Assembly (NCBI RefSeq): GCF_006345805.1
Contig: NC_042998.1
Coordinates: 141,980,001-142,044,000, forward strand
From: Octopus sinensis
Taxonomy: Eukaryota
Direction of reading: 5' to 3'
Length of the DNA: 64,000 nt
In this document: one piece after another, positions 11,756 to 25,770 of the stretch
Position numbering within the stretch: position 1 is the first letter of the stretch
How the letters are laid out: every line of letters begins with the position of its first letter
Notes under the pieces: generated by a model
What the model saw: only the letters and a program-made list of their open reading frames with translations
Database searches by the model: none
Told to the model about the DNA's origin: nothing
Position numbers and translations under genes: made by a program

Positions 11756-13537
11756 TATATTCCAGGGAGACACGCTCTCCCCATTCCTTTTCTGTTTGGC
11801 ACTGACACCTTTATCTGACATGCTAAATAGAACTGAATGCAGATACAAATGTTACGGCAAAACAATCAACTACCTCTTATATATGGATGACCTAAAAACT
11901 ATACGCTACAAATGATAAACAGCTGGAAACACTACTACAGACAGTATATGGATTTACCAAAGAAATAAATAGGAAATTTTGCTCAGAAAAATGTGCCAAA
12001 GCAACCTTGAAAAGAGGAAATCTAATTAAGAGGAGCAACATCACACTAGATAAAGCCAATGAAATAAGAGAATTAGACCAAAGCCAGACATACAAATATT
12101 TAGGAATCAATGAACTAGATACGATACAACACAAAAAAAAATGAAAGAGAAAATAAAGAAAGAATACTATAGACGTGTTAGATCAATACTGAAAACAGAG
12201 CTCAATGCTAAAAACAAGATAATAGGTATCAACACCCTAGCCGTCCTAGTTATAAGTTACAACTACAATATCCTTAACTGGACACTAATTGAACAAACCA
12301 AAATAGACAGGAAAACAAGAAAAATAATGACAGGATCTAGGATGCATCACCCAAAATCTGACATAGAAAGGCTATATATACAAAGTATCGAAGGTGGTAG
12401 AGGCCTTATATAGCTGGAAAACTATTATAAAATACCACCATAGGACTGCAAAAATACCTACTTCAGAAGCAAGGAAAGCTAATATAAATAGCCACAAAAC
12501 ACGAGCAAAGCAAAAACTGTTCTCAGTATTTAAGGAAGCTGACAAATACAAACAAGAAATCATACCACCTAACAAATATGAAGAAGAAGAAACAACAAAA
12601 GCTATAAAACAACTGAAATCAAAACTAAAACCAGGACAGCAACGGACCTTGATAAACAATGGTAAGAAAAGCCCCTTCAAGGCAAATACTGGGCTAGACT
12701 AAACGCAAAAGAAATAGACAGAGAAAAATCCCAGCAATGGTTGAGAAGCTCAGGACTCAAAGCAGACTCTGAATGATTTTTAATTGCAGCACAAGACCAA
12801 AGCCTCCCCACCAGATATTTTCCAAGAACATATAATGAAAAGAAACATAACAAGTAATTGCAGAATATGTGGAGATGGACAAGAGAAAATAAATCACATT
12901 TCTCTGGCTGCCCAGTCCTGGCTAAGAAGGAATATGTTCACTGACACGACAGATTTGGGACCTATATACACTGAAAGCTATGCCAACACTATGGAATAAC
13001 AACAGAAAAAAGATGGTATAAGCACACACCAGAAAAGATCACAGAAAACGAGAAAGCAACCATACTATGGGATATGCCAATACACACAGATAGAGAAATT
13101 AAGGTCAACAGACCAGATATAGTTGTCAGAGATCAAGAAGAAAAAAAATGCTTTCTAATTGATGTATCAATACCGGCAGATGACAACGTGTCTCTAAAAG
13201 AAATGGAGAAACTTTCAAAATACAAAGACCTGGAAATAGAGGTAACCAGAATGGGGAATCTAAAAACAGAAACAATTCCTATCATAGTAGGTGCATTAGG
13301 CATAATAAAAAAATATTCAGACAAATACATAACAAAAACACCAGGACTTACAAACACATATAACTTACAGAAAATTGCACTACTGGGCACTGCACACATC
13401 CTACGCAGAACACTTTCCATACAATAACCATCAGAGCATCACAACAAATCACAGCACATACCTAAGGCACACAGAGCTGCGCTCGGTAGTGAAGTGAAAG
13501 CACGCTATAAAAATAAAACTACTGAATAATAATAATA
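11754..13537 (+). mobile_element. R4/Dong non-LTR retrotransposon (family 1), 5'-truncated, frameshifted RT + CCHC + REL
   Basis: IIFQGDTLSPFLFCLAL...LLYMDDLK (RT), CRICGDGQEKINHI (CCHC), NRPDIVVRD...LIDVSIPAD...KEMEKLSKY (REL endonuclease), (TAA)n tail. Confidence 0.92.
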
Positions 13538-14138
13538 GTACTATCAACAACAACAAAAATGTTTGAGAGCGACTCATATTTTATAATGGCATAGAACAAT
13601 GATGGTCGTTTTATACAAGTGCATGTTCTGTTGAATAGTTTATTGTCGTGTCGTTTGTGATATTAAAGAATGGTAAAAGAGAAAAATTCAAGGATAAATT
13701 TTTAAGGAATATTAATACCGAAAATTAATTAAAACTAATTATAAGCGAGCTTGATTACCGTACGTAAGTCATTAATTATATTTTTTCTAATTAACTTCAG
13801 TTGTCAAATTTGAGCTTATAGTTTTAATCGCAGGCTCACTGCATACATCAAGTTAGCTTTTACGCTGCTTCATGAATGGAAAAAATTGAGAATATTATAA
13901 TCAAAAGAATATATAAGTTTTGAAGAATTTAACTCTTTATGGAACTGCTTTACAAGCAAGGAAGATCCTTGGATTTTATCAGTGTCAGGTAAGATCAATT
14001 ACATATTTATCTAGACTGCGAAAGAAATCTCGTGAGCAACATGGAAGCAGTGAAATAGCGCTATACAAGAATACCTAAAATTACAAATTTTAAGGACAGA
14101 ATAACAACAACAATAATAATAGTAACAACAACAATAGC

Positions 14139-14197
<59 letters not shown>

Positions 14198-14372
14198 TAA
14201 TAATGATAATAATCTCTTTCTTTCCTTTCTTTTTCTATCACATGACTTTGTAAATGAACAATCTGGTGTGTTTATTTTGATGGCCTGCCAATGTATACAG
14301 AGACTTTCTTTGCCCTTGGTATTGGGAAGACACTCGGCAAGAAATGGAAACAAAATTGAAAGAAGAAACCAA

Positions 14373-14416
<44 letters not shown>

Positions 14417-14432
14417 TAATAATAATAATAAT

Positions 14433-14605
14433 ACCTGCAAGGTCATGCGCTGTTTATCTTGATATGAGATCACCATGTCGCGCACATATGGTTGTGATGC
14501 ATGTGCCTGGTGTACCCTTATCAGACGGGTAGTCATGATGGGTATATTGGGCTTCGTATATTTTACCCCAGTGTGACTTTGATGGCATGAACTGCTCTCT
14601 CACTC
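14433..14605 (+). mobile_element. 5'-truncated copy of the 11170-11673 retroposon between (TAA)n arrays
   Basis: Direct identity to about 11501-11673. Confidence 0.8.
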
Positions 14606-14654
14606 AATAATAATATTAATAATAATAATAATAATAATATTAATAATAATAATA

Positions 14655-14714
<60 letters not shown>

Positions 14715-14715
<1 letters not shown>

Positions 14716-16345
14716 TTCAAGGAGATAGCTTATATCCGTCGCTTTTTCTACTTTGATTCATTCCTCTGACCTTGGTGCCGAGGAAAATGAAACTGGGATA
14801 ACAGTTCAAAGAAAAATGCAAAGAATCAATTGTCTCTTCATCGATGATTTTAAGCTGTTTGACAAGTATAAGGTAAAATTGAGTTCTTTGGTGGACACTG
14901 TCCACTGTTTTAGTACTGATGATAGATGGAATTCGGACTCAAAGAGTATGGTGTAATGCGTCTGAAAAGAAGCAAAGTACAATCTATGCCAGGGATAGAA
15001 TTACCAAATAGGAAAGAAGTGAATCAAATTGAAAAGGATGGCTATATGTACCTTAGCATACTAGAGTTCAATGAAATCATGGAGAAAAAAGAAAGAACAG
15101 CTAAAGAAAGAATATTTCCGAAGAATGCGATTGGGGTTGCGCTCAAAATTGAATGGATGGAACAAATTCCATGCAGTAAATACATGGGTGCAAGCAGCGC
15201 TTAGATATGGAACTGGAGCCATAAACTGGTAAAAGAATAAACTGGTGATAAAAGAATAAACTGATGGCTACAGAAACACGGAAATTATTGGCATTGCACG
15301 GTGCATTTTATCCCAAGACTGACACTGATCGGTTATTATACTTGTTCAGAAGAAAAGGGTGGAGGTGGCTTTGAATGAGAGGAAAACAGTTTAGGGTGGT
15401 ATGTAAAACATGCCGTGGAACCATTGTTGCTGCATGTGAAGAATTTCGGCATCATCAAAACTGATAATTGCATTGAGAGAGAAAAATTAAAACGATAAAA
15501 AACACGAAAAAAGAAATGGCATGGAAAGGAGTAAAATGTCAGTTTGCAAGAAATACAAGCGCAAAAACAGTTACAGAAGGCCGGTGGTCATAGATGCGGT
15601 GGAGTGACTTGAAGATAGAAACAGAAGCACTTACATGCTCGGCACGCGAACAAGCATTGAGGACTAATTACGTGAAGTATAGAATTGATAAAACGATTAA
15701 GAGCGATAAATGCAGAATGTGTGGTGAGAGGGATGAAACAGTGTGGCACATTGTTAGTGAATGCTCGAACTTGACACGACGTGAATACAAAAGGTGATAT
15801 GACAATGTACGAAGAATGATCCCTTAGAAGCTTTGGGGAAATTATGGGCCTAGAAAGATCAAATCTCAGCAGGAGTTACTGAGAATGAGGTTTGCAAAAT
15901 TTTGTTGGATGCAATAATTCAGTGTGTTCATCAGATTAAATATCGAAAACCTGATATTGTTGGAGTGAACAGAAAATAAAAATAAAAGTATGCCTGATAA
16001 TTGACATAGCATGACCTGGTGTCAGCAGGATTGAAGATGAAGAAAGAAAAAAGAGAGCAACTATGATGATTTGAAGTGGGGAAATACGCAGGTTGTGGGC
16101 AATGAAGAGAGTGGACGTGATAGAAATAGTGATTGGTGCGCTTGGAAGTATCAAACCAAACTACTAACATGGCTCAAAAAGATTGGTACAAATGTAAAGA
16201 TAGAACACCCTCGAAAATCATCATTACTTGGAACTGCAAGAGTCCTCCGCGGGGTTCTTGAAGCATGACCAGTTTACAGGTATCACCTTAGTCTGCTGGC
16301 TGTGGACCGCTGACACTTTCAATCATACCCAGCAAATAAAACTGA
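14715..16345 (+). mobile_element. R4/Dong-type retrotransposon (family 2), decayed
   Basis: Starts FQGDSL right after (TAA)n; INCLFIDDFKLF, LKIETEALTCSAREQALRTNY, KCRMCGERDETVWHIVSEC, RKPDIVG, LLGTARVLRGVLE. Confidence 0.85.
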
Positions 16346-16409
16346 AATATATCACGATGATAACAGCAACAACAACAACAACTACCAGCAAATATACTGA
16401 AAAAATCCA

Positions 16410-17730
16410 GGCTTGCCTATGAGTTTACCAAAACTACGACAAGCATAAGTTACCTGTTTTATATAGATGACCTCAAGATATATACAAAATAGATTTGGAT
16501 TCTTTAAACCAGATAATGAGAATATTCAGTAATGACACTGGAATCCAGTTTGGGGTAAATAAGTGCGCAGTACTAACTTTGAAGAGAGGCCGGAAGATAA
16601 AGTCTGGTAGCATAAAATTACCACAAGGTAACATCATTCGATCGTCATGGAATAATGAGAGGTACAAATATCTAGGGGTACTGCACGGCAGTAAGATAAT
16701 GTAAAGCAAAATGAGAAAGTCACTAAAAAGTACAAAAGGAAAATTAGGAAAGTATTCGAAACAAAATTAAATGGAATGGATTTTATTAAAGCCATAAATA
16801 CATCGGTAATACTAGTATTGAGATACAGTGCCCTCTTTCTGAAATGAACAAAGATCGAGCTGCAGAACTTGGATAGAAATAGAGAGCTACTAACAATGCA
16901 CAGCGCATTCCATCCTAAAAGTGATGCCGGTCGGCTCTATCTGCCAAGAAGGGAAGGTGCTAGAGGATCACTAAATACGGAAGACATTGTTGGTACTGTG
17001 ATACTGGATTTGAAAAATTATGTTATGCAGAGTAAAGAATATTTACGGCGACCAGTGATACCCCCAAATAATTGAAACAATAGGAGAATTCATATAGAAA
17101 AGGAAGAACAAAAGAATGAACAAATGGAAAGAAATGAAACTGCATGGCCAATTCATGCAACAAACGGAAAATGTTCGAGGTGACGAACGGAAATTTGAAG
17201 TGAGAAACAGAAATACTAATTATAGCCGCCCAGGAACAAGCCCTTAGGACAAATTTGATAAAAGCAAAGATCGACAAAACTCAGGTAGCAAATGTAGAAT
17301 CTAAATGAAAGGAGACGAGAGTATTAATCACATTTTCAGTGAGTGCATTATACTAGCACAAAGGGAGTACAAGCGAAGACATGACTGCAGACAAAAAAGT
17401 GTCCTAAAATGTTAGTCGAGCATGTGGCTTCAAAATAACAGACAAATGATATAAACACGAACCAGAGACTGCGATAGAAAATGAGAATTACAAGATCTTA
17501 TGGGACTTCGCCATAAAGACTTATCATAGTAATGACACAAGAAGACCAGACATCATTATAGAAGACAAATAAACAGTTTAAGATCATACATTTTGCAATT
17601 CCCTATGAGAACAGAGTTGATACCAAAGTAATTGAAAATAAGTGAGAAATATCAGGATCTAACCAGAGATCTGAGGAGACTTGTTCTCACGAAACCGTAA
17701 GATCCACAAACTAAATTAGCATGCACAAAC

Positions 17731-17731
<1 letters not shown>
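16410..17731 (+). mobile_element. R4/Dong-type retrotransposon (family 3), decayed, with (TAA)n tail
   Basis: LFYIDDLK, HSAFHPKSDAGRLYLPRREGARG, IIAAQEQALRTN, RRPDII; (TAA)n at 17732-17790. Confidence 0.8.
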
Positions 17732-17772
<41 letters not shown>

Positions 17773-18444
17773 TAATAATAATAATAATACTCTCTCTATG
17801 TAACCCCAAGGTTTAAAACAAACTTTTTTTTAAAGTTCTACGCAAAATACTCTCAATACTCTCTATGTAACCCCAAGGTTTAAAACAAACTTTTTTTTAT
17901 TTAGTTATTTATTTATTTTATTTTATTTTATTTTATTTTTTTATTTTATTTTTATGTATTAGACATTCACTAGTACAACACCAAAAAAAACAAAAAAACT
18001 TAAATATATGGCACAGAACTTCCAACCTGTTGTCTCTTGAGGTCCCTGGGTGAGACTTGGAGCCAACTTGTACAGACATAAAGCAAAAGTCAAACATAGA
18101 AAAAACAATAATAATAATAATAATTATAATAATAATAATAATTATAATTATAATAATAATAATAATAATAATATATTCTTTGCATCTTCTTCCTTTTAAG
18201 TCGATTTTAATTTTCAAACTTTTATTCTCGCGAAATTTTATATAAGAAAGGATTCTCTCCCTTACACTAACTAGCCAACAGGAAACGCCACGTGATTAAA
18301 TATAGTATTTATAGGAAGAATATTAATGCCGCCATCCCTACGCCTATTGGCAGTGAACGTTTATTCGAAACTGACAGACCTATCTATCTTTCTGTCTATC
18401 TAAATACACACACACACGCACACACACACACACACGCACACACG

Positions 18445-18501
<57 letters not shown>

Positions 18502-18539
18502 ACACACACATATAGTTGTTGTCAGTAGTTATCCTGTTT

Positions 18540-19000
18540 CCAAGAAATATTCTCATCAACAAGACAGCTGGCCTTTATAACAGTCATTTTTTTCTTGCCA
18601 GTCCAAAACCATATCCGGCCTTGTATGTCTGCACTTAATAGAAATTTTGATTGCAATATTCCACCAATATTCTTTATTCATGCATTCATTAACAGAGGTT
18701 TTCTCTATATTTACCCCGGATGACATTGTATACAGCTTTAGCGACGTCATGTCGCATTGAGGGGTAGTACCTTGATGACAATTTTGGACAGATATTTATC
18801 GCATGTAATATCTTCCATTTTCGGTTACATCTTGGGGTCCCAAGGTCTTCACTGTCTCTTTTGCTTAATTCATATTTTATAACAATTTCTTGTTCATGGA
18901 TCACAAATGTATAACCTTCGAAGTGTGATATGATGTAGGAGTCACAAATCCAAGAAAAGCTGCACTTCTTGACGATATTAGTACCATCGTAAAGCCTATA
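18540..19000 (-). mobile_element. REL-type non-LTR retrotransposon C-terminal remnant
   Basis: ICPKLSSRYYPSMRHDVAKAVYN and EYWWNIAIKISIKCRHTRPDMV on the minus strand. Confidence 0.7.
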
Positions 19001-19644
19001 TATGTATGTATGTATGTATGTATGTAGGTGTTTGTATGTGTACGTGTATACTTGTATGTGTGTGTGTTTGTATATATGCGTGTATGTTTGTATGTATATA
19101 TACACACACAAACGCATATGTGTATGCCAGTGTGTGTGTGTGTGTGCGTGTGTGTGTGAGTATGTGTTATTAAAGTAAATGGTCAGATATGTATTGTAAA
19201 CACTATACTGAGATAAACCGAACAGATTTATTAACATAAGTGACGACGACGACGACGACGACTATTATGATGACGTCAAGTTGTAATGATCAGGCCTTTG
19301 TATAAAGTGTCATCTTGCCTGAAGCAAAAAGAGGAATCATAGTCTTGGGAAAACCAATAATTCGTTGTACCATAAAGCCAACCTGTATATTAATCTGTCA
19401 GATAAATCCGTTCGTCCCCCTCCACATTTTTTTTCCTGGAACTTCATCATCATATGTATAAAAATAGGTAAAATTCATTCAAAGTTCAAAAAGGATAAAA
19501 AAAAGTTATAGAGGGAAAATAGAACCACGAAAAAAAAAAAAGGGCATAAAAGGTTACGATGAAAACATTTTCCGTGCTAATTTATGCATTATTGGAAAAT
19601 ATTAAAATAAACGGTAAAAAAAAAGAAACTTATCTGACACGCCA

Positions 19645-19698
19645 ATAATAATAATAACAATGATGATGATGATAATGATGATGATGAAGATGATGGTA

Positions 19699-19737
<39 letters not shown>

Positions 19738-19771
19738 ATGATTATAATTATTATTATCATCATCATCATCA

Positions 19772-19835
<64 letters not shown>

Positions 19836-19866
19836 GTTGTTGTTGTTGTTGTTGTTGTCGTTGTTG
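19645..19866. repeat. Compound trinucleotide tract (ATG/GTA/ATC/ATT/GTT)
   Basis: Direct read. Confidence 0.9.
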
Positions 19867-19867
19867 T

Positions 19868-19988
19868 AGGTAAACATAAAGCACCAAAACAAACCACAGC
19901 ACGTACCCAAGGCACTTCGAGCTGCGCTCGGTAGTGAAGTGAGGAGAGCACGCGATAGAAATAAAACTACTGAATAATAATAATAATA
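19868..19988 (+). mobile_element. Dong family 1 3' UTR fragment with (TAA)n tail
   Basis: GAGCTGCGCTCGGTAGTGAAGTGA...ATAAAACTACTGAATAATAAT matches 13475-13537. Confidence 0.85.
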
Positions 19989-20302
19989 CCGTGCAACATC
20001 CAAGCAACATTTCAAAACATAAAGAATAAAAAAAAAAATTTTAATCAATATAATATATGTTTGGGGATAGATTGGTTTTTAAATGTGAGATTCTAAAGCT
20101 CATAAAATAAAGGGCTAATGCTGTGGGGACGCCATTTCTCGTGATGCAAATTGCAATGGAAGCTTCCTATCGAAGTATTAAAGAATTCGAATCGTTTATC
20201 ACACGGACAGCATAAGGCGAATAAGTTATGCTACAAAAGACTGCCGCCGCACATTTCTTACATTCCATGCATTCCAGTAATCTGAAGCAGACAGCACCAC
20301 AG

Positions 20303-20364
<62 letters not shown>

Positions 20365-20431
20365 CAAATATATGCATATATATATGCATATACGCATACA
20401 CACACATATGTATATACATGTGTGCGCGCGC

Positions 20432-20464
<33 letters not shown>

Positions 20465-20589
20465 GCACGTCAAGCATAGTGATGAACTTTGGGAAATAAC
20501 ATTTCCATGTAAAATAATTCTCGAGGCTAACAGAGTGTGCGTTTGATAGAAGAATCTCGACAACACAGACTGATTTAAGAATGCTGTCG

Positions 20590-21205
20590 TAGAGGCGCAG
20601 CTACGTAGTGTGGTTAAGAACTTCGCTTCATAACTGCGTGGTTTCAGGTTCGGTCTCTCTCTATTGAACGCGGTGTGTCTTCTGCTATAGCCCCCGGGGT
20701 TGACCATTGTCTTGTACAAGAATGCTGGTAGATACAAGGAATGTGTAATCCCGTCGTGTGTGCGCGCGCACGCGTGTGTGTGCTTGATTTATTGAATTTA
20801 TTTCCGCTTCAAGAGGATGCGTTTTTTGATTATCGAATGGTAATTGAGAGACCAGCTTCACTCGAGAAGGAAAGATAATCTCAAGAATCAAGAATTCTCC
20901 AGTTGCCAAACCATTAAAGAAAAGGACTAACTGGCTTAGTGTCTGAAGACAAGGGAACCGTCTTGGACACATGTTTCTCCCTCAATAAGTGTCATCATTG
21001 TGTGCATGAGTATCTCTATTTTGTTCCTTACCACCGATTGCTAACCACTGTTGATTTGCTTACGTCTCTGTAACTTAACGGTCTCGTAAAAAGAGTCCCA
21101 TAGAATACGTACAACATTTCAAAAGTACTGAGGTTGATTTGGTCGACTACAACCTTCAAGGCGGTAACCCCCGTATAACCACTGTCCAATGATTAAAGCA
21201 ATCGC
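20590..21205 (+). mobile_element. Old SINE family A copy split by an insertion at about 20770-21010
   Basis: Head at 20590-20760, tail at 21015-21205. Confidence 0.6.
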
Positions 21206-21384
21206 CAAAAGTCGGTATAATAACAGCAGAAGCAGATAAGTTTTATCAAACTTACAGCGGCGTATTTTCATATCATTTAAGAATACCAACAAATTAGCGA
21301 GACAAATGTGACGGAGTGAGCTGACAAAAATGTTTCCGTGTAGTCACTCAAACTGCTAGAAATAGCTCAGAATGCATCGAATGG

Positions 21385-21595
21385 CCTCAAATTTTGGCAC
21401 AAGGCCAGCAATTTCGGGCGAGTGTGTAATTCGATTAAATTAATCCTAGTGCTCAATTGGTATTTGTTTAATCGATCCTGAAAGAATGAATGGCAAAGTC
21501 GAACTTCGGTAGAATTTGAACTCAGAACGTAAAGATTGACGAAATGCCGCTATGCACTTTGCCTGGTGTTCTAACAATTCTGCCAGCTCGCCGCA
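21385..21595 (-). mobile_element. SINE family B
   Basis: Reverse complement of family B. Confidence 0.8.
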
Positions 21596-22133
21596 TTATA
21601 GAATACTTCTAATAATAGGTTGGCTCGATGAGTGATGAAGCTAAACATCAACATAAAAAAACACAAAATCTCTTAGGTTGGCACCACATGCAGTAGTCTT
21701 CTTAGATTCCTGTGGCCTTTCTCCTCTAATTTTTCCCACTAGAACATATTCTGGGTGCGCAGATTGGATTCTCTACCTCATGCTACAAGCTCTTCTATAA
21801 TGCAATGATTCAATTCCTGAATCCGATTTTGACATTTACCACTAAAGTTAATATTTACATTTCTCTTTCAATCCGCGCGCGTGCGCGTGTGTGAGCGTGT
21901 AAGTGTGGGATGTGTGTGGGCGTGTGGTGTTTGGGTATGGTTGGGTCGTGGTGCATGTGTGTTTATGCCGCCATTAGGAATCCGCTTTCTTTAAGCATTT
22001 TGAATTAGGTTCTGGACGTATATATATATTTCCCTTCGGATATCATATGTCTGCTTGTCAGTCAGTCTCTCTCTCTCTTTCATTATCTCTCTCTCCCTTT
22101 ATAATATATACAGTATCTATGTATCTACGTGCT

Positions 22134-22190
<57 letters not shown>

Positions 22191-23415
22191 TGTGTCTGTC
22201 TGTGTGCATATATCCCACACACGCAGGCACAAATATATTGGATTTTCTCACACGTACACACATACTCATACAGGCACTCACACACATACATAATTAAATT
22301 CTAATAATCTCAGCAGTTACGTTTTAAGATATCCGCCTGAAGGCAATTAATAAATTGTGTTGTCATATAAACTATATTGAACATATATAACACATACATA
22401 CACGCATGCATATAAATATGCGCATGTGTTTGCGTGTGTGTGTGCGGGGCGTTGTATGTGTGTATGTGTGTGCATGTATGTATACATGTATTCTCTGTGT
22501 GACATTATTGTTTAATGAATTAATTAAATAGCTAGAAGTATTAAGATCGGCTATGAAGAATTTGATTTAATGTTGCTAATATCTGAAACGTTAATCTAGC
22601 ATGTTCTAAAACAGTTTAAATATAACTTTGTATGAATTCACTGATCTAAAGACATGTAAAGTTATATAGAATTACTTTATGGAATTAGACGTTCTAGCAG
22701 ACAGCCATATTGGAGAATAGTATGACGTTTCATGCTGAAGGGTATTACGAATTAATTAATAAGGCAGATGTGATAGTAATTATATTCTTGAGGTGTAGAG
22801 AATAATGGAAGATATAGTATTATTACAAACGGTATAATAATGTACCTACATGTATAACTACATTTTCATTCATCGGAGCACAAGTCCCTATATTTATTTG
22901 CACAAGAGAAAATAGGTGTTTGCGAAATGTCATGTCATATATGTACACGCGCGCGCGCGCACTCACACATACAGGCACACACGCACACACATAACACACA
23001 CAGTTAAAATTTTCTTCGGTATCTGGTGAATGCTGTATGGTAGGCTGTAATGGTATGACGGTGTGGAGAATTTTTATTGATTAGGTTTGGGGAACAGCTA
23101 ATTGTTAAAATTTATTCTTGCATGTGGAGGTTTTTAATTTGGTGCGTATGTTTAAGTGTGTCAGCTTCAGGACATAGAACGTCACAAAAGAATGTAGTTA
23201 GGTTGTTGGTCATTAGATCTGAAACTTAGTTTGGTTGTTGGTTTTATTTAGGTATTATTTGGATATTTACATTTTGTTTTGAGCATTGAAGGTTAAATCT
23301 CAGAGTTCAATCTAGTGTTATAACCTTTGTTATAAACTTTGTTGTTGCTATATAAGGGTTCACAAAAGAATGTTAGTAGGTGGTAGGGTTTAGTTAGTTA
23401 GCAGGTTGGTATTAT

Positions 23416-23645
23416 TTATTGTTTGAACATGGTATATTTCTTCCTCAAAGTGTCCCTGGAAAGATCTTCGAGTACCTTCTTGATCTTGGCCAAGATCAGC
23501 TTGGCTTTGGTGTTGCTGGCAGAGTAGTTGGTACCATTTTCAATCGCACCCAACACATAGTAATCCATAAGATTACAATCATAGTAATCCATAAGATTAC
23601 AATCATGGTCATAGCAGAAGTTCTTTTCCTCTGGGAGAACCAAAT
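23416..23645 (-). mobile_element. DD37D (maT-like) transposase C-terminal fragment with a 24-bp tandem duplication
   Basis: DCNLMDYY-DCNLMDYYVLGAIENGTN...NTKAKL, a decayed SPDCNPMDYYVWG motif. Confidence 0.75.
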
Positions 23646-24264
23646 CATCTCCTGTTCAACAGGATACCTCAGCTTGTTCAGGAGTTTTTTTGTTTTACCT
23701 TCGTTAAGTGGTTCTTTTTGGCTTTGGCTGTCAGAATTTGTCTCTTGTGCCTCATTCAGGGCCAGCTTCATGGTGGCGACACCAACACATTATTGAAGAC
23801 AGCGTAGAGTTGGATACAAAGCGGACAAAAATATGGCAGTTTTTTTCTCAGGAAATATTCACTGCATCATCATCAGAGGATGGAAGGAGGATTCTGTAAA
23901 GTTGGAACTGATGTTTTTAGCAAGGATCGGTTTTAACGTGGGGAGAGCTTGTAGGCTGTATGATATAATAGAGATATACTGCACGTTTCGGATGATGGCT
24001 TGGCAGGAGTTTCAGTGCAGACTGAGAGCTGTCCAGTTAGTAGAGGGGAGGGTTTTCTTCAAGATTTATTTGTTGACTATTTCCTATGTGTGAACAGTTC
24101 TAAGGTTTGGTCTTGTGGAGAGACATTTTAATTTTTAAGTTACCCACTTTCGCATTCGATAAAATAAGTACCAATTGAGCACTGGGGTCGATGTAATCGA
24201 CTAGACCCCTCTCCCCAAATTTCAAGCACTGTTATTGTTGTTGTTGCTGTTATTGTTGCTGCTT

Positions 24265-24485
24265 AGGCGGTATACGGGCAGAATCGTTAGAGCGTTGAAC
24301 AGAATGCTTAGCAGCATTTCTTTCAGCCCTATTTTCTGACTGAGTCCAAATGCCGCCGAGGTTGACTTTGCTTTTTATCGTTTCGAGATCGATAATATAA
24401 GGTACAAGTTGAGGATTGGGGTCGATGTAATAGAGTTCCTCTTTCTTCTTTCTTCCTTCAAAATTGCTGGCCTTGCACCAAAATC
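24265..24485 (+). mobile_element. SINE family B (a second tail fragment lies at 24150-24230)
   Basis: GGCAGAATCGTTAGAGCG...GCCGAGGTTGACTTTGC. Confidence 0.8.
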
Positions 24486-25193
24486 ATAAAGAACTATTTT
24501 CCTTTGTCTTACGAAAGTATTCTACCTATGTATGTAAGTATTTATGTATGTATGTATGTATGTATGTATGTATGTATGTATGTATGTATGTATGTATGTA
24601 TGTACATATGTATGTATGTATACAGTACACACACACGCACATATATATATATATCTTCCCTTATAAGTATCCATTTTACCTAATATGTATCTATTCTAAT
24701 TAACTGTCCTTACTTTTTCAATATATTGTCTATATATAAGTATCTAAATAGTTTTGGTTATGCGTTTGCTTGGATATCTTTATATAATTTCCAACACACC
24801 ATTTGTGGTATCAATCGTTTATACTTTTAATCTTCACATTCTGGTTATCTTTATTTCCAGATGTTTAATATTTTGGCTATTTTTATATGCATAGTCGTCT
24901 GTAGGAATTTATGAATGAATTAGACATGTCATTTCTTTGTGCTATTTAACAATATTTTTTACTGGACGATTTGTCTTAATCTCTAATTCTATATTCATTC
25001 GCATGTCCCAAAATATGATAATGTTGCAATTTTCCGAGAGATTTCGGCGAATATTTTGTAGTTTCACAATGCTGCCATAATTTCCTGGGTATAAAACCAT
25101 CTACAACTGTCAAACTTGAACAAACACACAAGTCACATACACACATGTAGATATGTATAAAAATATATATGTCTGAATGTATGCGTGTGTATA

Positions 25194-25270
<77 letters not shown>

Positions 25271-25367
25271 CGGTGGTGCCCCAGCATGACTGCAGCTATG
25301 GAGCTGAAACAATTTAAAGATTAAAGATTTAAAGATAGATACATGTATGCACACGCATACACATATA

Positions 25368-25583
25368 TGAGGGGGTGCTGAAAACCTCTTGGCTTTGAGG
25401 GTATCGTGTAAGGCCTGGCTGGTGGCCCAACCTTCCGAGTTCTTTTACAGAGCTTAGAAAACTAAAGATCCGCTACAATAAGTGTGTGAATCTGAGAGGA
25501 GAATTTGTTGAATAAAATCATAATTAACTGATCCTCCTATATTTTCTTTTATCCAAAGCCAGGAGCTTTTCAGCAACCCCTCG
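25368..25583. mobile_element. mariner-type MITE
   Basis: TA-TGAGGGGGTGCTGAAAA...TTTTCAGCAACCCCTCG-TA. Confidence 0.75.

Positions 25584-25770
<187 letters not shown>

Noticed and set aside
17789-17898. Duplicated TACTCTCTATGTAACCCCAAGGTTTAAAACAAAC block
   Set aside because: Local tandem duplication in a retrotransposon 3' fragment; no further structure
20940-20990. Hammerhead-like CTGAAGA...CAAG/CTTG...GACA
   Set aside because: GAAA is not intact and no convincing stem I or III
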